From the IMG/VR virus record IMGVR_UViG_3300024302_000005, positions 11,503 to 75,502 of that record: a DNA stretch of 64,000 bases. One strand, written 5' to 3'. Positions 38,601 to 44,673 of the stretch are shown in pieces (the stretch's first letter is position 1; every line of letters starts with the position of its first letter). The notes under the pieces were generated by a model. The model did no database searches. It was not told where the DNA came from and was given only the letters and a program-made list of their open reading frames with translations. The DNA is from a virus. A program made the translations under genes and the position numbers.

Positions 38601-41600
38601 AACGATCCGAGTGCTTAATGGGTTCAGCAAGTAATCTTTAACGAAGGAGGTAGCTACGAATTCAGCGTCTCCGGTAAATATGACACCAGAGTTAGTAGAT
38701 TCTGAGAAATTAGTCTTCCGGTCACCTTTAGTGATCAGAACCGCTTTCTCTTTGATCTTCTCTTGCAGCGTCTTAACATCATCCAAGACAGCAGTGAACA
38801 ACCCAGTAAGCCCTAAGATAGGAGACTTACCAATTTGCCGCTGAGGCTTGAGTAACTTGACCCGGTTAGGGTATTCAGCTTCATCGAAGACAGGGCTATT
38901 AGAGTTACGGCCGAACAGGGCACTAGCAGCAACCTTGAGAGCTTCTTTAGCTGAACGAATAGGTGCCAGCTGTGCAGAATCACCGAGGAAGAGTACTTTT
39001 ATACCACGTTCCGCGGCTTTCTCTTTAATCAGCTGGGTCATGTTCTCACCCAGCATCGATGCTTCATCGACAACCAGTAATTTAATGCCCTCTAGCTTAT
39101 CACCATCCAGATCTTCAATATCCTCTAGACCCTCTTTCCTCTGTTTTTCATCAGTAGGAATGAGACCTAAAGCAGTCCAGATAGTACTGGCTTCCTCGCC
39201 GGTAGCCTTAGCTAGGATAGCTTTAGCTTTATTAGTGGTGGCTGTGTACAGAATTTGTTTCTTGGTCAAGCCAGAGTTTTCGATGATCTTGCTAACAACA
39301 GTGGTTTTACCAGTGCCACCACGACCTTCAAGAACAAATTCCCTAATAGCTGATCCGGTATCTTTCAGCCAATCACCAATCTTGTCGATCGCTACCCGCT
39401 GTTCAGCGTTAGCGTATCCACCAGGAACCACCTCATATTTAGGCTCTTTGATGACTGTGTCATCTTCAGCTACCGTATCTTCTTCTGTCTCCGATACCTC
39501 CCCAGCAGGGACGTCCTCTGTTTCGGCTGCCTCAACATCTGGAGACTCTTCTGTGTTGTCCGGAGTTCCGTCCTGGTCCGCAGCATCATCTCCCGCATCA
39601 ATATTAGCCGGTGGAGCGTCTGGGGGAGGTGGGTTCTGCTCAGATACCCCTTCTTGTTCAGAAGATGTATCGCCAGCTGTGCTGCTAGCTGTATCAGGTG
39701 CAGCCTCAGCTGAGACGGTTTCCGTGCCTTCAAGATCGTTAATTGCATCTACGTCCTCTTCGGTAATATCTTCAGCTGTTCTGTTTTCTTCCTGTGCGTT
39801 TAATTCCTCTACGGCAGCAGCTAATGCCACTGCTTCTCGCGTAGCAGCAGCAGCAGTCTGAGCGAAGGTGGTGTCCTTGTGGCCCATGGCCAGCTTGAAC
39901 ATAGCTTCACCGTAATCAGCTTCCTTGCTGACGGTACCAATGAACTCACCAGAGTTCTGGTGGATCTCGTATACATATTCTTTATTGTCTCGAGCTATTT
40001 TGAATGACTCTGCGGTCATCTCAGTATCTTGGGTGTACTCCATTACCCGGTTACCGCCAGCAGCGACATTACCTCTTACGTATACCGGTTTCCCTGTCTT
40101 AGCTTCCTTCTTGGCAGCAGCCACAAAAGCATTATGCTTACGACGAATATTACCAGAGTGCACAGACATACGCTGAAGAGAAGTCTTCATGGCCAGTACT
40201 GCAGGAGCATTACCTGGATCAGCTAGTAGTGTCTTTGCCGCGGTATTGATCTCGTCGAAATACGTGTTGAAACCTTTCCAACGGGTAGAGGTACCATCGA
40301 TGCTCTCTTGGTGTACGTCTTCAGAGCTCTTACCGGCTTTAGTTAATACAGCCTTCTCTATTTCAGTTAGCTCTTTACCCAGTTTCTGGGTAATTTTCAG
40401 GTTCTCTACCTGGGCTTTATCTGCTTTGGTCTTGGCTTCTTTATCAGCTTTTTCAATAACAGCAGGAGCTACATCCTCCCCAGATATGACATTACGGAAA
40501 GTACCATCTTCTTTTTCCGCAGCAGCCGCTTCCTGTTCCTCAGCCTCTTTAGTAGCTACAGCAAGTGTAGCCAGGAATTCAGTTTTCTTAGCTTCTTTAC
40601 GGGCAATTTGTGCCTCTGTCAAAGCTCTCTTACCTACCCGTTGTAGAGTAGCTAAAGACTCTTTAAGAGTCTCCGGATTGTCAGTTATGGTGTCGAGGGC
40701 AGCATCTAATTCAGTATCGGTAATCTCCGATACGGCCAGTGCTTCCTCAGCCGCAGTCTTAGCAGCTTCAGCTGCTTTAGTCTCCGCTACCTCGGGGCGT
40801 ACCCGTTCAGGCAAAGCGTCATATTCTGCTTGTACAGCTGCACGGTCCTCTGCGGTGAACTCTGGATTCTCAGCAGTTAGCTGCTCCAGTAGATCAGCAC
40901 GTTCAGCCAGAATAACCTCTTTATTGGGGTGATTAGGCGTATCTTTGAGGATTTGCTCGATCACATCAACACGTTCATTAATGGCATCACCCGCAGGTGT
41001 ACCTTGAACAGTTTCTGATTGAGCTAATTGCTCACGCAATCCTGCAGCTCTGGATTTAGCAGTAGCTGCTTTAATAGGAGTTACGACAGCTGCTTTGGTT
41101 ACTCCAATAGTTGCTCGTGCAGCCACCATGGCGCTTACACCACCAGGAGTACCTAGAGCTTCTGCCAAGGCATCATGAGCAATTGCACCGGTATCTGTGA
41201 TCTTACCAGCTTGAGCTAGCTGTTCGGCCGTAGCAGTAATACCACCAGATACACCCTCACCAACCAGCGCTAGTGTTGGGCGCACTATGGTTAGATTAGC
41301 TATAGAAGCTGGTAGAGATTTATTTACAGCTCTAACTGTTTTCTGTACCCAATTAAGGCGAGCTATTGGGATGGCTTTAAGTGCAGCCATATCACCAAAT
41401 TTCTCAGCCACTGTGGCTACAGCAGACCATGCTTTAATTCGGCCAAGTTCTTTAGCTGAAGGCTCTCTGTTATTAGTAGTCCTGAATTCCTCTATAGCTT
41501 GGTTACCTTTACCAACAGCAAGTGACGTCAGAATAGCTGACTGCGCAATTGGACCACCAACAGTGAAGGCAATCATGTAGGGAACGCTGTCTATACCAGA

Positions 41601-42413
41601 TTCCAAGAATGTACCTAGATCGTTAGTGACAGCGTTCCATGCTGCAGCCCAATTACCGTCGTTCTTAGCGATAACTTCAAATGCCTTTTGTGCTGTTAAT
41701 TGATCAGCACGGTTAACAGGGACATGTTTCTTTACACCCTTACCGAAGGCTTCAATGGCATCAAATTGAGCTTTATTTGTTGTAGCTTGTTTGTCGAGCT
41801 CAGCAATTCTTTTATGTTTGCTGGTAGCCCGGAAAGTATCATCAGACTCCGTACGTTCAACGTCTTGACCTAAAGTACGATAAGTCTCCAACTCCTGAGG
41901 AGTAACCACTTCATCCAGGCGGTTAAACCGCTTGGCACGTTGGTTGTGGAGATCTACTTCATTATTGAGAGTAGTGTTACCTGTGAAGGCAGAAGCGCCC
42001 TGAACTCCCAGGTCTACGGCCGTACTGGCTATGCCATGTACCCGGTTGCCTGCATTGCCAATAGGAGCAAAGTCCTCGATAGCCTGATTCTCTTGGGCAT
42101 CCCGGATGGCGTATGTTTTAGCTGTTAGTTCATCAAGTCCGCGGACTACGTTACCTGCAGTATTCTTGACCGAATAGGTACCGTCTTGGTGCTTGGTTAC
42201 ATTACCTTGCCGATTTACAACAGGAGAAGCAGGTTCATCTGTGTAGATGTTTTGATTATTAATTCCTTGGATTACATCATTTACGGAATCATCAGCAGCT
42301 AGTTCCATATGCATACCCACTAAGCTCCCTTGCTTAGCAGACTGTATTGCTGATTTTGCAGAACGTACTCGTTGGGCTATCGATTGTTTAGCGGCAGAGA
42401 CAGGACCAGCCAT
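29667..42413 (-). CDS. virion-encapsidated RNA polymerase (N4 gp50-like) with an embedded SF1B helicase and two HExxH domains
   Basis: 4248 aa with no Cys seen; EIDGVANG (motif A), RDLAKYPFVMSQYG (motif B), LYDA (motif C); conserved position in the late block. Confidence 0.92.
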   Translation of the reverse strand: MAGPVSAAKQSIAQRVRSAKSAIQSAKQGSLVGMHMELAADDSVNDVIQGINNQNIYTDEPASPVVNRQGNVTKHQDGTYSVKNTAGNVVRGLDELTAKTYAIRDAQENQAIEDFAPIGNAGNRVHGIASTAVDLGVQGASAFTGNTTLNNEVDLHNQRAKRFNRLDEVVTPQELETYRTLGQDVERTESDDTFRATSKHKRIAELDKQATTNKAQFDAIEAFGKGVKKHVPVNRADQLTAQKAFEVIAKNDGNWAAAWNAVTNDLGTFLESGIDSVPYMIAFTVGGPIAQSAILTSLAVGKGNQAIEEFRTTNNREPSAKELGRIKAWSAVATVAEKFGDMAALKAIPIARLNWVQKTVRAVNKSLPASIANLTIVRPTLALVGEGVSGGITATAEQLAQAGKITDTGAIAHDALAEALGTPGGVSAMVAARATIGVTKAAVVTPIKAATAKSRAAGLREQLAQSETVQGTPAGDAINERVDVIEQILKDTPNHPNKEVILAERADLLEQLTAENPEFTAEDRAAVQAEYDALPERVRPEVAETKAAEAAKTAAEEALAVSEITDTELDAALDTITDNPETLKESLATLQRVGKRALTEAQIARKEAKKTEFLATLAVATKEAEEQEAAAAEKEDGTFRNVISGEDVAPAVIEKADKEAKTKADKAQVENLKITQKLGKELTEIEKAVLTKAGKSSEDVHQESIDGTSTRWKGFNTYFDEINTAAKTLLADPGNAPAVLAMKTSLQRMSVHSGNIRRKHNAFVAAAKKEAKTGKPVYVRGNVAAGGNRVMEYTQDTEMTAESFKIARDNKEYVYEIHQNSGEFIGTVSKEADYGEAMFKLAMGHKDTTFAQTAAAATREAVALAAAVEELNAQEENRTAEDITEEDVDAINDLEGTETVSAEAAPDTASSTAGDTSSEQEGVSEQNPPPPDAPPANIDAGDDAADQDGTPDNTEESPDVEAAETEDVPAGEVSETEEDTVAEDDTVIKEPKYEVVPGGYANAEQRVAIDKIGDWLKDTGSAIREFVLEGRGGTGKTTVVSKIIENSGLTKKQILYTATTNKAKAILAKATGEEASTIWTALGLIPTDEKQRKEGLEDIEDLDGDKLEGIKLLVVDEASMLGENMTQLIKEKAAERGIKVLFLGDSAQLAPIRSAKEALKVAASALFGRNSNSPVFDEAEYPNRVKLLKPQRQIGKSPILGLTGLFTAVLDDVKTLQEKIKEKAVLITKGDRKTNFSESTNSGVIFTGDAEFVATSFVKDYLLNPLSTRIVTAFNENNRNQGASVFNLNRDIFERLFGDTRVYGIHAVGDVLMSYSTVKLQPKDEGDAAIWNSSEYEILEVGEVEHLEFEGVSIPYQEVLMRDLINGEEIKTRIPAVTDTDTFPDGKTLQEAISAEYAKAKKRLNAEQYTKFKEQNVAVSRIANIEMHPAYAITAWKAQGSTYRNVYVMEDGLNSIGGWTNGSPKNSYQALYVATSRPTDKLVMHSANRNAGSTEVSADSINFSSQNTNVGADTTEKVESAPEGTVTAASTTELTQRQKDYDSASLTDKVIALIKKGTTANVLLQQLIDTATNPAYVELAKALVGKVGAVKVQYTGVRVQREDEEFDGYVDYDLIEGTGEVVAKLVTLSPGALNEELTLHELLHVAAVSAFKSPNSQTQRDAVAQLEAIAAHIKEYVADPANNVSDYDKSMLNRLTTIKHADELMTYGLTNKHLQRLLMDMKAIDLPNAAKPKGSIWSQLVASVSKLLGLAKTDNTLLGQVFEASGMLLVETGQANETFSTPIKKAGTKVGKKAGEFKKLILTETLPVLDATVSFVSEFVNQQIMGSTKSGITLKNKTFAELVKITKKRVGLFNIPSEAFNSPQTLMDALRAIGLSDEGAELYANRYTAYAAAYANLVTSDDYIAGNGFAPALKTPLRLLEQFSTKVEDGKTVLTGEAVLPPQVVFALMMGAQNWIAQNTNDNPLSSDQEKGEFLYGDRRRALSATDYNALEGVGLDHKQAVQSVANVILASLGISASSKYTAAYVDSLGTALGSMAFEIINNEAQVPGSTVAFINVNVGKWDFGYTPQQAKEVAESEEGDGRNFTHGQQYKHITHAVEQGSVEELEKSTELNNAAISVLTDGAENDSNSAPLQAPAKFTASSIRRSFGDVPKKMREVLEKLQNVVWGETSTLPLIAAMSEDFRGTVELLMGVVPVDEKTDTKAYVTSANASNGSKTDALDSVLKFSTAGKLKNFFFKYALQSQHRIMQVGLGVNPQNSHFTRWAVAPQGTTTFTKENLHLFQFAAMYALGYKVDKRVPVNIVSTFNEYMEDADIQEAIALLRAADSNMSKVDMEKFNAVVLKLYTKENSPYSGADISLLGGLHALSIYAPYHAAWKAHMTAMDKHAVAVETAKATGEAIPVAPEAPKMNFESDIPAEIDGVANGFAINIFQFPTFNDRETLEKHLNQTAVYIGKTPEETTHLEGGIHALNKDRDDGDKIPVDTYMDLGALIQHYSGMDVALTYHEEEKGKDQDWLDKLSETYVARSQALAYLFPDLADQDARDLAKYPFVMSQYGAGNPAVATGVAKTIISHLYQEIGVLRRLYIADKVEGAKQIEEFERQLDVLGMGNNVGNKIKNNMHKGHEFNEEIFQNVIKQIIEPRLARGLDALLGDTKDYRMAVVQAGEIMHAVFMAHFIAARDKKLADEKRSSLTESETVALVQDGLKKWLPQYKGPLSDAGVDSFIDMSKRVSDKSDSNAHTVSVRVQDHVDGGTRDVTATARQQTFSAPGVSALIRGIINTDAALLALSLDKVPHLLPLYDAAFGRPELLAEFAEIYNAEFKRLGLSPDVNLSLIMKDQMEKVLIATEQLDADNGTALMTEVENWIRDTAHVNRFLEGTDKKDVAELRQVVISHANEATQKKDELREIESTEGLEPSQMYIPNMSETNPEAGKSMDSAVAEIQAAGTAHKMAMFLIHPAVARLADSVRNYITGMFRNNSPHEVANILAQYTAETARDFVNIALADSINNPYIGGMTETLKEMFPTEDRINVREIIISLLTGDTTNNTTILEGYRAKVGAAYDGNIAKMEAELRKYEVTVDLGETQATIDADIKAVVEAYNSLGNQEKSDEKTVFSKDITKASVTALLSRFKNISRHYYGTQQEMDSHSATLQRIIDTMGRGLDSIGAVRMTVEQINGVTQGAYDSVNKRMTVSLSRQLPGNRNEYSPQEVYAHELLHAMTVQAIRDNPLIGDQIREVRKQTKKLVDKQGGFKAFLSHIPGTATPSEIKLAKDQYNYVFGPDAAHLPEEFLAYATTNPAMIRITQSFTTVLPDRGTTLAGRFVHLIDLIVDSFTRVIFRKNKENAHEESLAILVSLIDIQTRHDSQASKLETKTRDLVRGSDKMIREFISAAVHKAIKASPNNALGKVSRSAAAIGVAALGEGAARDAMVTAGYSQITGLTKALADEVGKGALTLKLIKRLLFAKVNINKLFQQVERDSVRTMNAAWKSVNSEEISKQAREAITRVVLKTDLQSLLADDVGMTPQQIVKLIGNPALIKQEIKKLAKASNLKSTSMAFKYTMELGYFLATKKRKRPQGHFNVSTIAATYLTGDALNANTIRRMDAIATLSALLSQKSEDNAVVKDMMARELEADPDTNAFEFMLNRHRAFVAMSLDNLFDGNGIQTQKGFTVDRIDDLTDMITGVDTPEERKAMARKGYPHVYKMGNIPGVPQAHNVMYVSRSMPENRHVSGILSTTGLHHSGTLLSDILAKNEKFQKADKTPDISAIRAHIAKIHKRESNLEKMGIEDEEQRLSPIRDGKNNIVDYRVIMNADSVEAIFQPDMEFQNVFAHMRSSYINKKNTIDADKATIDVLGEEWVKVYPGNEKMFVDILDPKSKYHEQYRKLPREVREYMHKFSLDGKFMVRENIVYKTFGYSALNPANLEFLQNESLGWMKTFIRRGYAGIREVMSFGMERVVMATLMVVINNFVSNLLALTIRGISPAYTAKKMREGYQAYIRYEADTEKQRDLHQKLQVASVLEKPKVQSEYDAVTAEVNNNPIHLLSAFGLNSLVVEDVNTSSSKGYLNRMNSVMQQDKVTQYTDKIPSQLTSIAKNIVLHRDSEVYRTHKKIVQITDFLGRYVMISHAVDVKGQSFEDALHDAIDQFVLFDENMHPILEVLNSMGFSPFLTYKLRNIRSVRNMLQRSPTGIGVAAGMQYGLDVETLANASGPLTGNLMPTLLGQGDLLDSASTIAGPSNVEDVWDWFTKTF

Positions 42414-42434
42414 GGTTATAATATCCCATTGGTA

Positions 42435-44126
42435 TTAAGGGTTCAGTAGTTTTTGCAGTGCCGTGTTAGACAATACTTTATTTTGCATTGCCGCTGGAAG
42501 TTGGTCCATAAGAGCTTGTAATAGTACGTCTTTACTAAGACCGGAAACATCTCCCTTATGTAGACCACCAGAGTCCCCATACCCAGGAAGATACAAATCA
42601 TTTCGATCTATGGTATCGCTGTCTCCAATGGTGTTATTCAGGACCTTTACTACGGCTACACTAATTGCAGTGGAGGAGATACCCGCTTTGCTTAACAAAT
42701 TCTGTGCTTTAGCCATTACGTTTTTAATGACCCTACGTGTTTTAGCACCATCAACAGTGGCTTCACCTGTAGAGGTAAAGCGTTGATTCAATGAGTCTGC
42801 AAGCTCTCCGTAGGAGCCTGTACGTAGTTTGCTGGCAAAGCCCAGTTCGACTTTGGTAGCACCAAGGTTAGCTTCAACAGCTGCTTCATTTAGATCCTTT
42901 ACCTGCTTATCTTTGGCGTCTACCTGGGCAAGGAAAGAGCTAACATTTGGATCAGATTTAATATGTTGTTTAGCTATCTGGGCAAGATGGCGTTCTGATA
43001 GCCCCTTGTTCTCGGGTTTACCACGAAGACCAGATACAATCTTGGATTCTAACGTAGCACGTAAATTCTTAGGAGCAGCCAAGATAGCTGCAGACATTCT
43101 ACCAGTAGTATAGGCAGCCAGTACACCTTGAGTTACTACACCTCCAAGGGCATTTCGTGCACTAGAAAATGTCTGGATCTGAGCCCCTCCCGGAACTGTC
43201 GCAAGTATTGCTGCACCCGTCTGGGAGCTAAGAGAATCTTTAGTAGCCCGAGCAATTCGGGCAGTCATATCTGCAGACAGCTCTCTGGTACTCTGCATTT
43301 CTTCCAGTTTACCCAAGGCAGCATTACGCTCGGCCGTAGTCTTACCAGGATCCGCAAGGGTATCCAGGAGAGGCTGAGCCTTGGTGTCATTGGTAAAGAC
43401 TGTTTTTTGTTTAGCTAAATCACGAAGACTTTTTGCACGGGTTTCTTCCGTAAGGGTAGCGTCATCCCGAATACGTTTTTGCTCTTGGTTAAAAGCAATA
43501 CGGGCCCGAAAGTCTTTAGCAGCATTTATTTGAGATGTAATCTCATCACGTTCGTTCTTGTCTCTGGCAAATTCCAGAGAATCTTCCAGTTGCCGTAACC
43601 GCTTGGGATCTGCTTTTTCGTTAAATTCAATTTCTTGTTTGGTCTTTTTACGAGCAAGTTCAGCAGTATTCCGCTGGGATTCTGCTGTTAACCGTTGGGA
43701 TGCAGAGGTTAGCAGGTCATCTGCTTTACCAGCTTCATCACTTTCAAAGGATGCTTGATCACGCACTTCTTGACGATCTAACCGAAGGTTCTGGTCGACA
43801 GCACGTTGTTCATCAGCTACCCGGAAATCCTGATTCTGTAGATCTGTGACAGCAGAGGTAACTGCACTATCATCCATGAAGGCTCGTGTAGCTTCATCAG
43901 CTTGCTGAACTGCATTCTTGCGGTCAGCATCTGTAGGCAAAGACTGCAAATAGGATACAAACTCTGCAGTATCCCGTTTGGTCTTCTCATCGCTGAAGTC
44001 CTGTACTTCATCACCAAGCCCACTAATAGCGTCTCCAAGACCTTTGCCCGCATCACTGAAGGCCCTGAGAGATGCACCATGATTAGGACCAGACACATTT
44101 CTCCAGGTAATAGGCGTTGCCATCAA
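42435..44126 (-). CDS. virion/ejection protein (N4 gp51-like)
   Basis: PITWRNV N-terminus; no Cys seen; conserved gene order. Confidence 0.75.
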   Translation of the reverse strand: MMATPITWRNVSGPNHGASLRAFSDAGKGLGDAISGLGDEVQDFSDEKTKRDTAEFVSYLQSLPTDADRKNAVQQADEATRAFMDDSAVTSAVTDLQNQDFRVADEQRAVDQNLRLDRQEVRDQASFESDEAGKADDLLTSASQRLTAESQRNTAELARKKTKQEIEFNEKADPKRLRQLEDSLEFARDKNERDEITSQINAAKDFRARIAFNQEQKRIRDDATLTEETRAKSLRDLAKQKTVFTNDTKAQPLLDTLADPGKTTAERNAALGKLEEMQSTRELSADMTARIARATKDSLSSQTGAAILATVPGGAQIQTFSSARNALGGVVTQGVLAAYTTGRMSAAILAAPKNLRATLESKIVSGLRGKPENKGLSERHLAQIAKQHIKSDPNVSSFLAQVDAKDKQVKDLNEAAVEANLGATKVELGFASKLRTGSYGELADSLNQRFTSTGEATVDGAKTRRVIKNVMAKAQNLLSKAGISSTAISVAVVKVLNNTIGDSDTIDRNDLYLPGYGDSGGLHKGDVSGLSKDVLLQALMDQLPAAMQNKVLSNTALQKLLNP

Positions 44127-44138
44127 TCTTCTCCTAAA

Positions 44139-44612
44139 TTAACCGCCAACGAGCTGAAGGTGGCTGATATCTGTATTGGCTTGAGTACCTTGAATGTACC
44201 GTTGACGTGCACGAATTTGGTTATTAATGGTGGTTTCCTGGTTAGCCAGGTTGGCATCAGCAATTCTGCTCTCTTGAGCAAAGGCTTTCTTGGCAAGACC
44301 TAAGGACTTAATAGATGCCCAACCTTGAGCTAATCGACCAAGTCCACCGAGGACACTACCTGCAGCGCCAAGGGTACCTTGGTTAAATCCGAATCCTTGT
44401 TTCTGACTATTAAAGTCAGGAATATTTGCTTTATTCAATCGAACCCGATCAGCAATTACTCTATTTTGCTCGCTTAGATCATTAGCTTGGGCAGTAACAC
44501 CAAGCGGGACTTGAAGTCCCTGTATAGATCCATACCCACCTTGCCCAAAGTTATTAACGTCCTCATCAATATCTTCAAACTGACCGGTCTGAGCATTATA
44601 CTTACGTACCAT
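44139..44612 (-). CDS. small virion protein (N4 gp52-like)
   Basis: Gly-rich segment then LAKKAF...N..NQ...IN; conserved gene order. Confidence 0.75.
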   Translation of the reverse strand: MVRKYNAQTGQFEDIDEDVNNFGQGGYGSIQGLQVPLGVTAQANDLSEQNRVIADRVRLNKANIPDFNSQKQGFGFNQGTLGAAGSVLGGLGRLAQGWASIKSLGLAKKAFAQESRIADANLANQETTINNQIRARQRYIQGTQANTDISHLQLVGG

Positions 44613-44673
44613 TACAATCTCCTGGGTTCATTGTTATCCGCACCCTAGCTGGGTTTGGAGTAAATGTCTATTT

